Source: Gammaproteobacteria bacterium
GTDB taxonomy: Bacteria > Pseudomonadota > Gammaproteobacteria > JACKNK01
Direction: 5' to 3'
Length of the DNA: 64,000 nucleotides
Assembly: GCA_024234955.1 (NCBI GenBank)
Contig: JACKNK010000001.1
Span: forward strand, 212,835-276,834
The translations under genes were made by a program, and so were the position numbers. Each line of letters starts with the position of its first letter. The stretch's first letter is position 1. This document shows positions 8,856 to 18,867 of this stretch, in pieces. The notes under the pieces were generated by a model. The model did not search any database. It worked only from the letters and a program-made list of their open reading frames with translations, and was not told the origin of the DNA.

Positions 8856-9509
8856 ATGTGCGGTCGATACAACTTGGTGACCGATGCTCAGGCGCTCGTC
8901 GACTTCTTCGACGTGGCCATGGCGATCGACCCGGTCTTTGTGCCCCGATACAACATCGCGCCGACGCAGTTCGTACCGATCGTTCGTGACCAGGGGCGGG
9001 GCAGGGATCTGCTGAATGCCCGCTGGGGCCTCGTGCCGCATTGGTCGCGGGAAGGTGAGACCAAGTATTCGACGATCAACGCACGCGCGGAGACAGTTGC
9101 CGAGAAGCCCACGTACCGGGCTTCGTTCAGGCACCGTCGCTGCCTGGTGCCGGCGACCGGGTTTTACGAATGGAAGGCTGGCGACAATGGTAAGCAGCCA
9201 TACCAAATCACACTCGCCGGCGGCGGACTGCTTGCGTTCGCCGGGTTATGGGATCGATGGATTGGCCAGGAGGGTGAGCTATTCAGCTTCTCGATCGTGG
9301 TTACCGCGGCCGATGCTTCCATGCAGGGGTTGCACGAACGTATGCCCGTGATGCTGGAGCCGAAGGACTACAGCACCTGGCTGACCGGGAGCGGGGACGT
9401 GGTGAGTTCGTTGCTGCGGCCGCACGGTCAGAACCTGGAGCTTCGTCCGGTGAGCCGGTACGTCAACAGTCCTGCCCACGATGATCCGAGGTGTCTCGAC
9501 CCTGTCTAG
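8856..9509 (+). CDS. yedK: SOS-response-associated peptidase (SRAP, YedK/HMCES family). The start is taken at MCGRY. The listed ORF begins 75 nt further upstream.
   Basis: It has the MCGRY N-terminus and the conserved SRAP core (NARWGLVPHW, ARAET, FYEWK). The catalytic Cys2 requires a start at MCGRY. Confidence 0.85.
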   Translation: MCGRYNLVTDAQALVDFFDVAMAIDPVFVPRYNIAPTQFVPIVRDQGRGRDLLNARWGLVPHWSREGETKYSTINARAETVAEKPTYRASFRHRRCLVPATGFYEWKAGDNGKQPYQITLAGGGLLAFAGLWDRWIGQEGELFSFSIVVTAADASMQGLHERMPVMLEPKDYSTWLTGSGDVVSSLLRPHGQNLELRPVSRYVNSPAHDDPRCLDPV

Positions 9510-10801
9510 TTAGCCGGTGACATGGTCACCGGCACAGACGGTGTTGGCAGCGTGTCCGCCTTCATTTCCTGGCCACTTCGGAGAACGGTCGCAAGCGTCG
9601 CCGACCAGAGCTTCTGACGTGCTTCGCGTTCATACATGAGGCGGTCGACCTCATCCTCGATGCGGTCGACGGCTTCGAGCACGCTGGTTCTTGCCGGCGC
9701 CTGCGCGGCCACCTCCGGGACATCGGCTGCGGTCAAAAGCATCCGCCGGATCAGCAGCGCCTGGTCGACCACACGAGACAGGGCAATGTCGGAGGCGATG
9801 CGGTCCACCAGCCAGTCGCGCATCGGATGGCGTCGGATCGCGTTGAGCAGATCGGGTGTGACAGAAACCGCTTCCGATGAGAGCGACGCAAGCGTTTCCG
9901 GGTCATACGTGTTGCTCGCCAGCGCGGTCGTCAGTGCGTCACGTGTGCGCTCCAGTTCGGGTTGCACCTTGGGCAGCAGCCCGACACCTGGTGTCGACTC
10001 CGGTCGCGCACCATCGGTCGTCTGTATGGCCTGATCGCCGAGCGCGGAGACAGCCCAGAGAGCCGCCTGATCCGGCGAAGGCCAGGCCGTGGAAATTCGA
10101 GACCTGGTCGATCGAGGTAACGCGCTGGTGTCGGCAGCTTGCCGCTCGTGGAGCGTGTTGTATCCCGCGCGAACGGCATCCCGAATCGGACGGATCGGGG
10201 GCTGTCCCTCGCCGCCGGCACGACCGCCCAGCCAGTCAACGCCACGCTTGCCGCCATCCCGGTCGACCGTTCTTTTCGCCTGGCTGGCGGAACTTCCCTG
10301 GCTGGCTTGTTCCCGCCAGGCCTCAACCTGCGAGATACGAACCCAATCATCGAGGATGTCGCCGCCTTCGCGGCCGAGCTGTTCGAGCTGCTCGCACGAG
10401 CGGATCGCCACTCGTACCTGTTCCTCCGCTCGGGCCGTGTATCCCTGCATCATCTGGCAGGCCAGCGAGTTCGCCCTGCAGATGATGTAACCGGGGATGC
10501 CGGCGATGCTCGCGGCAATGTCATCCCGGACCTGGACCAGTTCGTCGCGCAGATTGTCGAGCGTGTGCCGCACGGAGGCCTTCGGATCGAACTTGCCACA
10601 GCCGTAGCCGAGCCCTCCGGAACCACCACCGCCCAGCGTGATGTTTCGCGTAGAACCGGAACCCGAAGTCGAAACCGGATTGGCTCCAATCTCGTAGTAC
10701 AGAGCGCTCTGCGCGGGGGAACGCAGTACCGGTGGTGACGAGGCGTCGACCACAGTACCAATAAGACAAATCGGCAGCGCCGCGAGCCAGGTCGACTTCA
10801 T
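9506..10801 (-). CDS. ICE T4SS protein of the PFL_4711 family (TIGR03755-like). It is exported. The start is taken at MKSTW.
   Basis: Its position downstream of the TraU-like gene fits. It has a signal peptide and a Gly-rich GGGGSGGLGYGCG segment. It overlaps the upstream gene by 4 nt. Confidence 0.45.
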   Translation of the reverse strand: MKSTWLAALPICLIGTVVDASSPPVLRSPAQSALYYEIGANPVSTSGSGSTRNITLGGGGSGGLGYGCGKFDPKASVRHTLDNLRDELVQVRDDIAASIAGIPGYIICRANSLACQMMQGYTARAEEQVRVAIRSCEQLEQLGREGGDILDDWVRISQVEAWREQASQGSSASQAKRTVDRDGGKRGVDWLGGRAGGEGQPPIRPIRDAVRAGYNTLHERQAADTSALPRSTRSRISTAWPSPDQAALWAVSALGDQAIQTTDGARPESTPGVGLLPKVQPELERTRDALTTALASNTYDPETLASLSSEAVSVTPDLLNAIRRHPMRDWLVDRIASDIALSRVVDQALLIRRMLLTAADVPEVAAQAPARTSVLEAVDRIEDEVDRLMYEREARQKLWSATLATVLRSGQEMKADTLPTPSVPVTMSPAN

Positions 10802-11910
10802 TGGAGGCATATCTCCGGGGTGGGGACACTGGTCAGGAAGATGCCGGGACCAGGGATGCAGCATTGATAGGGTCGCCAGTACAGCCAGGCGTACCGGCCA
10901 TCGTCGGATTGGTAGCTCGGGTCGCTCCAATCAGAGGGATCGCCAAACGGCCCGCATCTGCCGCTGTCCACGGGCGAGATCATCTGCCATTGGTCGGTGT
11001 CCTCGTCGGAGCCGGGTAGCCACTGAACCGATCGCTGCTCCGCACATTGCCAAACGTTGTCGGCGACTTCGTCCCAGCTGCCGCCGGTCGCTTCGCAATC
11101 GTCTCGGGTTTGCGCGAATCGATCGCCCCAGACCATTTCCTGGGGACCGTCCCAGCCGTAGGGGGTGTAGATGTGGGGCTGTCCTGTTCGGGTCGTTACG
11201 TCCATCGCGCGCTGGGCCGCCACGGCGCCGGCGCGTGCGTCGTCCGCCTGGTGCATGAACCCGGAACGGGGGTACACGCTGGACCAGCTTCGAATAACGT
11301 CCGGCCCGATCTCCCGCAATCCGGGTGTAACGGCTTCAAGCGATAGCGAGTCAGGAAGACCGGAACGCCAGGCAAGGGCGTCAAGCTCGGACACGAAATA
11401 GGGGAAGAACGGCTCCGCCTTGCTCCGGCAAAGGAAGCGGTTGTTTCGCGTCGCGGCGTACGCGATCGGGTTGCCGATCACGGAGGCCTCCTTGAACCGC
11501 ATTTGCGATGGCCCGTTCAGCCCTTCGGAGTCCTCGAGGTAACCGCCGCCGCCGGCGTCGACGCCAAGCAGGGCGTTGGTGATGGCGTTCAAGCCGGCAT
11601 CGGAGGCCTGGCCCAGGGTCGCCCGCAGTTCATCCCACGGGGTCTCTCCAGGTTGTTCATAGACCGTCGCGACCAGGTCAGGCAGGTTGTGGCGGATCTG
11701 CGGCGTCGTTTGAATCGAGCAGGAAGGAGGGAAGGGCGTGCAGACCAACCAGAAACAGATTCCGACCACGCACCAATTCAAGCAATCGACGTTGGCGCTC
11801 CGCTCTGCCAGGTCGAGCGTGTTGAAGGTGCCCGCGAACGAAGGTGTGCCGGCAATGGAGAGCACCAGCACCAACGCGCGTGTTTGCCTCCCTCGACGAC
11901 GTGCATTCAT
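10798..11910 (-). CDS. TraU-like T4SS protein of the PFL_4710 family.
   Basis: 370 aa with a signal peptide and many conserved Cys and Trp residues. Its position after the PFL_4709-like gene fits. Confidence 0.55.
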   Translation of the reverse strand: MNARRRGRQTRALVLVLSIAGTPSFAGTFNTLDLAERSANVDCLNWCVVGICFWLVCTPFPPSCSIQTTPQIRHNLPDLVATVYEQPGETPWDELRATLGQASDAGLNAITNALLGVDAGGGGYLEDSEGLNGPSQMRFKEASVIGNPIAYAATRNNRFLCRSKAEPFFPYFVSELDALAWRSGLPDSLSLEAVTPGLREIGPDVIRSWSSVYPRSGFMHQADDARAGAVAAQRAMDVTTRTGQPHIYTPYGWDGPQEMVWGDRFAQTRDDCEATGGSWDEVADNVWQCAEQRSVQWLPGSDEDTDQWQMISPVDSGRCGPFGDPSDWSDPSYQSDDGRYAWLYWRPYQCCIPGPGIFLTSVPTPEICLQ

Positions 11911-12350
11911 CGACGTTGCAGCCAGGTCTGGATCGCACGACCGGGATCGAGCGTTCCGTAAACGACGTGGTTCGCATCGCCATCGATGACGACAGCGGGT
12001 AAGCGGGTCAACCGGTACTGGCTGGCCAGCAATCGGCCCTGCCAGGCCTGGCCGATCTGGGTCGACCAGTCCGGTTGCTCCTGCAGGCGTCGAAATACCT
12101 CCTGCTGGGCCTGATCCGATTGAGTGGGCAAACCCTCGCTCATCGCCTGCTGCAGACGTGTGACCGCGTCGAGTGCATGCACATGCACCGCGATACCGCG
12201 CTGTTCCAGCGCCACCTGGTTCTGCAACGAGGTAGGCCGTTCAACGAACACATCTATCCGTGACGGACCCGCAATGGCCAACGCGGGAAGCACCCATGCG
12301 AACAGCACCGCAGCTCGGGCCCAGAGTGAATGTTTTGGCATCGAGGTCAC
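11907..12350 (-). CDS. ICE T4SS periplasmic protein of the PFL_4709 family (TIGR03757-like).
   Basis: 147 aa with a signal peptide. Its position between traC and the traU-like gene fits. Confidence 0.45.
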   Translation of the reverse strand: MTSMPKHSLWARAAVLFAWVLPALAIAGPSRIDVFVERPTSLQNQVALEQRGIAVHVHALDAVTRLQQAMSEGLPTQSDQAQQEVFRRLQEQPDWSTQIGQAWQGRLLASQYRLTRLPAVVIDGDANHVVYGTLDPGRAIQTWLQRR

Positions 12351-12592
12351 GCCTGATTCTCGGCGTGTGCCCCTGCTTCCTTGGCGCGGCGGATCTCCAA
12401 ACGATCGACCTTGGTGTGCCTGGGCGCGACCACCCGCAGGTCAGTTGCGCTCCCCCGATCGCCTCGCGAACGAACCACGGTGATGTACACCGCCTCGTCA
12501 CCCTGGCCGATCACCAGGGTCTGTGTCGGCTTGCGACCGAGCGTGAGCACGGAGTGGGTCGGCGGTATGTCGATATCGGTCTCGTGGGTCAC
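12347..12592 (-). CDS. Divergent CsrA-like small RNA-binding protein embedded in the T4SS operon.
   Basis: 81 aa. LTLGRKPTQTLVIGQGDEAVYITVV...LRVVAPRHTKVDRLEI aligns with CsrA ([22 protein letters not shown]...VRIGVNAPKEVSVHREEI). Confidence 0.5.
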   Translation of the reverse strand: MTHETDIDIPPTHSVLTLGRKPTQTLVIGQGDEAVYITVVRSRGDRGSATDLRVVAPRHTKVDRLEIRRAKEAGAHAENQA

Positions 12593-12601
12593 GGGCTGTC
12601 C

Positions 12602-15301
12602 TCAGGCTGCGTGTTGGGTCATCGCCTCGGCGATGCGGATGGCGGCATCGAGTTCACTGATGCCGTGTTCCTGCTGGAGGGCCGCGCGAGCGGCTTTCTC
12701 ATGCTTCTCGGTCTGCGCCAACGCTAAGGCCAGTGCTGGCGGCACAACCCGGAAAAGGCCGGAAACGGCGCGGGCGATTACGACGCCCTCGGTGTAGAGA
12801 CCAGGCTCCTTACGTGTGGAGAGGAGCAGCGCGGTCTGTTCCTCGGTGAGATCCTTGAACTTGCGGATCTGCTCGACGTCGTCGCGCTCCGTGTTCAGGC
12901 AGATCCACCACTCGGGCAGGTTCAGCAGTTCCTTGGTGCTTTCCGGGAACTGACGCATGTTCTGCGTCGCGATCCACAACCAGGCCCCGAACGTGCGCCA
13001 CATAGCGCCCATGCCGGTCAGATAGGGCGCCAGCAGCGCGTTCTTCAGCAGGACATGCGCCTCGTCGACCAGGGTCACCGTCTGGCGAGGATCGAATTGA
13101 TTCGCCTCGACACGGTCGTGGATGCGGTTCATCAGGCCCACCATGGCCACCGCCAGCTTGTCCTCGTAGCCCTTGCGGGCCAACGCGCCCAGCTCGACGA
13201 TGGTGACGTCGACGTCCGGCCAGGCTTCGCCGGGACGGTTGAATAATTCGCCGGCGAAACCCTCGCAGTACAGGCGCATCGCAGTAGCCATCTCGGTAGC
13301 GCGAGCACGTTGGGCATCGTTCTCTCCTAGCTGGCTCAAGGCCACCGCGACATGCTCGGTCAGCACCTCATCGCGTTGCGAGGATCGTGCGGCCGCGAGG
13401 ATGGCTTCCTGGATGAGTGCGCGATCTGCGCGGCTCATCCTGGCTTCTTCCGCCGCTTCGCCACCGGTGATCATCAAGCGAGCAACCAGCTCCATCTGGC
13501 CCAGCGCATCGCCCCCATCCTCGTCGCTCGCTTGATCGGCGGCTTCTCGAAGCCGCTTGGCCTGGGCGAACGGAGGCAGTGAGATTTTCGAATCCGGGGT
13601 GATCGAGACGTGGTTCACCGTGCAGCCGTGACGTTCGAACCACGCAGCGAGCAGTCCAAACGTGGGCAGCGCGGTGATGATGAACAGGCGAGGGCGATGC
13701 ACTGCCATGGCCTGCATCAGCATGTAGTTCAGCGTCGCCGTCTTGCCGGCGCCGGTCGGTCCAAAGAGGAACAGGTGGCCGTTCTTTCTTCGATCCGCGG
13801 AATTGAGAATGTCCAACGTGAACGGCTCGCCGACGCGATTCCAGAACACCGAACCCGGATTGCCGGATCCGGTGGCGCGTCCCCAGACGGGCAGCAGCGC
13901 CGCCAGGTGCGTATCCCAGGTGAGACGCGCGGCCTTGCCATGGCGCGCGTCATGTTTCCAGTCCCAGCAGCCCGGTAGGGCGCGGGCGGCGTAATCGAGT
14001 GACAACGGGTTGTCATCGAGGGGCATTGTCGAGAAGCCTGCCGCCGCGACGGCGGACTCCGCCGACACCGTCCGGGCATCGAGGTCGTCGACATCGCGAC
14101 CGTGGATGTACAGCCCAACCTGAGTGGCGAGCATGTGGTGGCCCCGGGCCATCCAGGTCTGAGCATCGCCGTACTGCTGGCCGGTAAGACGCGCTTCGGC
14201 GGTTTCCCCGAACGCCTGTTCGGCCACCTTGGCCATGTCATCCCGCACCTGATCTTGTGGCAGGAACGCGATCGAGAAATTCAGGATGCTGCCGTTGGGC
14301 AGTCGATCGAACGGAGCCGCGCGGCCGGCTTCCGTAGAGCGGGTCCAGTGGCCGATCCTCGGCGGGTGGAAGGACGGTTCCAGCGGCAGGTAGCGCCAGG
14401 CGCGGTTTCCCCAGGTCCAGGTGCCTGTCTCCGAATCGGACTGGATTGGTCCTCGGCCAAGGCAGAGTTCGGCCAGATCGAAGTGGGCTGGCAGATTGCC
14501 GCTCGCTTCCGCCTCATGCGGGTACGGCGTCTCATCAAGGAAGGTGTAGGCCTCGGCACCGTTGAACCAGGGATACAGCCAATCCCGAAGTTCTCCGCCA
14601 TCCATACGTTGTGTGGCGATACCGGCTTCCGATAGCGACTCGCAGATCCGCACCGAGGCCTGTTCGAGATCGCTCGCGGATGCCGCGCCCGAACGTTTGG
14701 AACCGGGTGCGCGATAGAGCACGGCGCGTAAGCGGCGAAAGCGCGCAGCCCAGGGCAGCCGCGTAGCCGGGTCTTCGAAATAGCCGTCGCCAGCGGACAG
14801 CCGCTCGACGTGCTTGGCGAACAGCGACAACCAGGCGGCGGCCACGCCAGTGTCCGCAGAGCCGTTGTGGGCCTCTACGTACTGCCGAACGTCATGGATC
14901 AACGCCCGTGCCGGCACGTCTTCCAGATAGACCTGCAAGGTCCAAGGTGGGGCACGCTCTGGCAGGGTCTGCAGCGCCGCCTTGATGCGATCGACGACCC
15001 GAGCCAGAGCTTCTTCCTCCCGGGCCTCGGTATCGAACTGGCGCAGTTCCAGGCATAGAAAACGACGTGAGGAATCCGTTCCAACCAATTGATGAGTATC
15101 AGGATCTATCCAGCGCCACGGGATCCGAGCGGCGAAGGAAGGGGTGTTGGACGTCACACCGAATGTGCCGGGGCCATGTTTACGGAGCGGGGGCGCCGGG
15201 CCAAAGAGCGGATACAGGCCGAGCAGCTTGCCGAGGCGATACGCCAGCGTTGAGGGAACGGCACCATAGCGGGCCGTTGCGTGCTCAATGGGATCGGTCA
15301 A
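12602..15301 (-). CDS. traC: Conjugative transfer ATPase TraC (VirB4-like, PFL_4706 family).
   Basis: 899 aa with a Walker A motif, LFLFGPTGAGKTATLNYM. Size and neighbours fit TIGR03744. Confidence 0.9.
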   Translation of the reverse strand: MTDPIEHATARYGAVPSTLAYRLGKLLGLYPLFGPAPPLRKHGPGTFGVTSNTPSFAARIPWRWIDPDTHQLVGTDSSRRFLCLELRQFDTEAREEEALARVVDRIKAALQTLPERAPPWTLQVYLEDVPARALIHDVRQYVEAHNGSADTGVAAAWLSLFAKHVERLSAGDGYFEDPATRLPWAARFRRLRAVLYRAPGSKRSGAASASDLEQASVRICESLSEAGIATQRMDGGELRDWLYPWFNGAEAYTFLDETPYPHEAEASGNLPAHFDLAELCLGRGPIQSDSETGTWTWGNRAWRYLPLEPSFHPPRIGHWTRSTEAGRAAPFDRLPNGSILNFSIAFLPQDQVRDDMAKVAEQAFGETAEARLTGQQYGDAQTWMARGHHMLATQVGLYIHGRDVDDLDARTVSAESAVAAAGFSTMPLDDNPLSLDYAARALPGCWDWKHDARHGKAARLTWDTHLAALLPVWGRATGSGNPGSVFWNRVGEPFTLDILNSADRRKNGHLFLFGPTGAGKTATLNYMLMQAMAVHRPRLFIITALPTFGLLAAWFERHGCTVNHVSITPDSKISLPPFAQAKRLREAADQASDEDGGDALGQMELVARLMITGGEAAEEARMSRADRALIQEAILAAARSSQRDEVLTEHVAVALSQLGENDAQRARATEMATAMRLYCEGFAGELFNRPGEAWPDVDVTIVELGALARKGYEDKLAVAMVGLMNRIHDRVEANQFDPRQTVTLVDEAHVLLKNALLAPYLTGMGAMWRTFGAWLWIATQNMRQFPESTKELLNLPEWWICLNTERDDVEQIRKFKDLTEEQTALLLSTRKEPGLYTEGVVIARAVSGLFRVVPPALALALAQTEKHEKAARAALQQEHGISELDAAIRIAEAMTQHAA

Positions 15302-15663
15302 CGGACTTCTCCCGGCCGGGCCCAGACCGTGCTGTCGTACATCTTCCAGCAGGTGTCATACGGCGGAACCGGCTGTGCTCCGGCGAAGTGCGCGAACACA
15401 TGGGTGCACAGCGTCGGGTTGGGCAGTGCCTTGAAGTACCAGCCTTGGCGTGTCGACGCCGCTTGAGAACGGGCCGAGGCGTCGGTGATCCCGGCTTGAA
15501 CAGGGCGACTCGGTTCGGGTGACTGTTCCGGGTTCGCGCCTCCCACCGTCGCTTGATAGATCTCGCGCATCGTCGGTCCTTCGCTCAGCACCTCTGGCGG
15601 TTGGGTGGCACACCCGCTCAACAGCAAAACGACGGGGATCAGACGTTTAATCCAGATGCGCAT
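15298..15663 (-). CDS. Conjugative transfer region lipoprotein (TIGR03751-like).
   Basis: Its start MRIWIKRLIPVVLLLSGCATQ carries a lipobox. It overlaps traC by 4 nt. Confidence 0.6.
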   Translation of the reverse strand: MRIWIKRLIPVVLLLSGCATQPPEVLSEGPTMREIYQATVGGANPEQSPEPSRPVQAGITDASARSQAASTRQGWYFKALPNPTLCTHVFAHFAGAQPVPPYDTCWKMYDSTVWARPGEVR

Positions 15664-17065
15664 GGCCACGCTCACGGTCATTGCCGTAGAACAGCTTTCG
15701 ACCGGCCCCTCGGTCGATCAGCAGGGTTTGCTCGATGTGAACTGCCGTCCACTGGCCCGCTGGCACGTAGACCGCGTCCCATTGGTCGGATTGGTGCTCC
15801 GCGAGGTATCGGCTTACCTCACCAAACGCGGCGCTACCAAACTGCCCGGACAGGAAGTCGAAGCTGTCTCCGGTGACCGTCGACGTCGTTGTCCCGGTAG
15901 CCCCCGATTGGGTCTTGGTCGTCTGGGCGTCCGCGAGGCCACCAGCCACCGCCGCAAGCCCCTGCGCGCCGGCGGCGAGGGTGAGGTTCTGCGTCGCGTT
16001 GGAGATGTATTCGCCCGGCAGGCAGGGATTGCCGTAGGCATCGGAGAGATAGCCGAGCGAGCCCGTGGAGACGCCGCTCGAAGCGAGTCCCGTCGACGTG
16101 ACCCGGTTGTCGCCACCGAAGGTCACGATCTCCCCATCCGTGAACACGAACAGTCCGCCGGTGATGAAGCCCCGGACACAGGAAAACGTCGAATCACCAA
16201 CCGCCTTGCCGGAAAACACCATGCCGGACAGGCCGGGAATCATCAGGCCATTGGCGGCGAGATTCTCAGGTCCGACGATCAACTTGAACGACATCGGATC
16301 GGCCACCTGGTCGCGCTTGGGAACGCGCCCGACAAGGGCCGTGTAGGTGGTCGCTCCAAGTAACGTCGAGTACGCCGGGATGGTCGCGTAGGGGACGCCT
16401 TCCGGTTCGCCGATCGCGCCGACGTATTGCACCTGGTCGGTTTGATTGGCGTGATAGGACGCCGTGGGCGCCGAGATTTGCTGACTTTGATAGCGCCGAT
16501 ACCGGCCATTTTCGTAGGACGTGTCCGGCACGGATGCAGCGACCGCCGAAGTGTCTGCCGATGCAGTCTGACCGCCAATCGGCATCAGATCCTGCAACTG
16601 CCTGGGCAGTGGAGGAGGCGTGAGCACTTCCGGTGGACGATCCGAGCTCTCGGAACGCTGTAACTGATTCAGCACACGGGCCGCCAGGGCGTCGACGTCG
16701 ATGGGGGCCGGCTTACTTCCGGAAACCACCCCCAGCTTGCCTTCGAGTTGCTGAATCCGCTGCTGCTGGCGCTGATCGCGTTGCTGCAACTCGGCCATCT
16801 CGCGACGAACGTTGTCCAGGGAATCCTGGAACCCCGTGATCTGTCCGGTCAGAGTCATCAGCGTGGTGACGGTCGAGTCCTTGTCCGGGGATTCGCCAGC
16901 GGAACCCGCGCCGGCGGAGCCGGTTTCCTGCTCTGCTGCTTCTCCAACTGACTGTCCGTCTGAGGCGGGTGCGCCGGACTTCCACATCAGCACGCCGACG
17001 ACCAGTACCGCCATCAATATGGAGGCGATCAGAATGAGCGGGTTACGGCCTTTGTTCTCGCTCAT
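15647..17065 (-). CDS. ICE T4SS protein of the PFL_4705 family (TIGR03752-like, VirB10-like). The start is taken at MSENKG.
   Basis: It has an N-terminal transmembrane segment and a coiled-coil/Gln-rich segment. Its position fits. Confidence 0.55.
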   Translation of the reverse strand: MSENKGRNPLILIASILMAVLVVGVLMWKSGAPASDGQSVGEAAEQETGSAGAGSAGESPDKDSTVTTLMTLTGQITGFQDSLDNVRREMAELQQRDQRQQQRIQQLEGKLGVVSGSKPAPIDVDALAARVLNQLQRSESSDRPPEVLTPPPLPRQLQDLMPIGGQTASADTSAVAASVPDTSYENGRYRRYQSQQISAPTASYHANQTDQVQYVGAIGEPEGVPYATIPAYSTLLGATTYTALVGRVPKRDQVADPMSFKLIVGPENLAANGLMIPGLSGMVFSGKAVGDSTFSCVRGFITGGLFVFTDGEIVTFGGDNRVTSTGLASSGVSTGSLGYLSDAYGNPCLPGEYISNATQNLTLAAGAQGLAAVAGGLADAQTTKTQSGATGTTTSTVTGDSFDFLSGQFGSAAFGEVSRYLAEHQSDQWDAVYVPAGQWTAVHIEQTLLIDRGAGRKLFYGNDRERGHAHLD

Positions 17066-17856
17066 GGCTGCGCGACTCCAAACGCGGCGAGGGCCTTCTG
17101 CCAGGGAAGCACGGACACCAGGTAGAGGGTGCTCTGATCGGACTCGGAGCCTGCCGGCCCCAACCAGCCGTGCTGAATCGTCGCGTAGGCCCAATCACCC
17201 CGTAATGCCTCGTGGTCCCAGGTCACCGCATCGCCGGTGAGATTGCGCACCGCAACCGCCGTCAGATGCCAACGCCTCGTTTGCCACGCCGCGATCGGGG
17301 TGGCCTCGATGCCCGCGCCATACACGAGCTCACGCGTCGGGTCGCTCGCGACGTGGGTGCGCAGTCCTCCGAACGGAACCGGGCCGACTACCCGTTTCGG
17401 CGCGTAGATCCACTGTGCCGCCCAGCGGGTCAGGGCGATGGGTTCTGGAACGCCCTCGATGCCAGCGGGTCCGGTAGCAGCTTCGGCCTCGTGAACGATG
17501 ACGACGGGTTCAATCGCAGCTTTCGCAGCAGCGGTCAGGTAGACCACCACGGGTTGTCGGGTTGTACCCCAGCCTAGGATGACGCGGGTTCGGGGGAACA
17601 GGGTCAACGCCTTGAAGAACACCGCATCACCGACGACGTCGGTGAGCAGCTCCGCGTCGGTGAGGCTGTTTGGAACATCGACCCAAAAGGAGTCGCCTTC
17701 GCCGAGGTCGGTTGGCGCCGGCAACCGGATCATCCGCTCCGCGTCGACCGGCAGATTCAGATCGATCGGCACGCCTTGGTAGGTAAGGGTGTCCGCTGCG
17801 ACATCCACCGCCAGCAACAGGCCCGTCACGAACAAATGAAAGGCGCGTGGCATCAC
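17062..17856 (-). CDS. ICE T4SS protein of the PFL_4704 family (TIGR03749-like).
   Basis: 264 aa with a signal peptide. It is part of the operon, with 4-nt overlaps on both sides. Confidence 0.5.
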   Translation of the reverse strand: MMPRAFHLFVTGLLLAVDVAADTLTYQGVPIDLNLPVDAERMIRLPAPTDLGEGDSFWVDVPNSLTDAELLTDVVGDAVFFKALTLFPRTRVILGWGTTRQPVVVYLTAAAKAAIEPVVIVHEAEAATGPAGIEGVPEPIALTRWAAQWIYAPKRVVGPVPFGGLRTHVASDPTRELVYGAGIEATPIAAWQTRRWHLTAVAVRNLTGDAVTWDHEALRGDWAYATIQHGWLGPAGSESDQSTLYLVSVLPWQKALAAFGVAQP

Positions 17857-18539
17857 GAATCACCACCAGGGCGCACTTCACGCGCCTCGCCGTCCAGACA
17901 ATCGATGGCCAGCGCCCAGGGATTGGCGTCGCGGTCGACGTCATAGGCCACGACACGCAGCGGGTATCGAACCACCAGGTTCTTCACCTCGGTTCGGCCC
18001 ACGTTCTCGACGATCTGCATGTTGAGATGGATTCGCCAGACACCGTGACCGAGTATCTCCACCAGGTCGTCCCGGTAATGCCATCCAGGAGGGGGAGACG
18101 CGACACGTCGACGTCCCTGCAGCTCACCCTTTCGCTGGCGTTCCACCTGGTCCTTCTCCAGCCATGCGTGGCATTGCGGGGTCAGGAATGCGCTCAGCTC
18201 GAAGATGCGCGCCGAGTAGTCCTTTTCACCGTCATCCCAGCGGTTCAGGTACTGCCACAAGTATGCGCTGGTGGAGAAGACGTTCTGCGGGGAGTGCTCG
18301 CCGGGCCGGACAGTCGCTCCGTAACGCAGGTCCGGCGGAATGTCGATCAACAGGCGCTGCTGAGCGGACATCCATCCCACAACGGCCAGAACCAGAAGCA
18401 GAGCCATGAGCGCCATGATGCGAAACTGGATGCGAATCCACGCGCGTAGGTTGTCGCTCTCGGCCTCGAACGGCAGCAACCGGGCGATGCGATCGATCAC
18501 GGGATCACGAGGCATGGCGGACCCCATCCCAACAGCCAT
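17853..18539 (-). CDS. ICE T4SS protein of the PFL_4703 family (TIGR03746-like).
   Basis: 228 aa with one transmembrane segment. Its position fits. Confidence 0.45.
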   Translation of the reverse strand: MAVGMGSAMPRDPVIDRIARLLPFEAESDNLRAWIRIQFRIMALMALLLVLAVVGWMSAQQRLLIDIPPDLRYGATVRPGEHSPQNVFSTSAYLWQYLNRWDDGEKDYSARIFELSAFLTPQCHAWLEKDQVERQRKGELQGRRRVASPPPGWHYRDDLVEILGHGVWRIHLNMQIVENVGRTEVKNLVVRYPLRVVAYDVDRDANPWALAIDCLDGEAREVRPGGDS

Positions 18540-18858
18540 CCCGATGAATGAATCCGGGGTCGGTACCGATCCATCGGGACAGCGTCAGCCGCGCCACTTG
18601 AACGTGGTAACCAAGCGGCCGGTTTCGCTTCGCGCGAGCGAGCAGCTTGGCGCCGAGCGTCAGCGTTGTGCCGATCGAGATGATCGGTGCGCCCAGAAAG
18701 ACCGGCCACGCGCCGGTGAATACCGTTATGACGAAACCGATCAGCACGCCGGCACCGCCGCTGATCATGAGCAGTAACTGGATTTCGTCGCGCGTGCAGC
18801 CCATGAACACCGGGGGTGCCCGATCGAGCGCGTATGGAATGAAATCCGGCCCCTTCAT
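18505..18858 (-). CDS. Conjugative transfer region membrane protein (TIGR03750-like).
   Basis: 117 aa with two hydrophobic helices. Confidence 0.4.
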   Translation of the reverse strand: MKGPDFIPYALDRAPPVFMGCTRDEIQLLLMISGGAGVLIGFVITVFTGAWPVFLGAPIISIGTTLTLGAKLLARAKRNRPLGYHVQVARLTLSRWIGTDPGFIHRDGCWDGVRHAS

Positions 18859-18867
18859 CAGTGAGGC

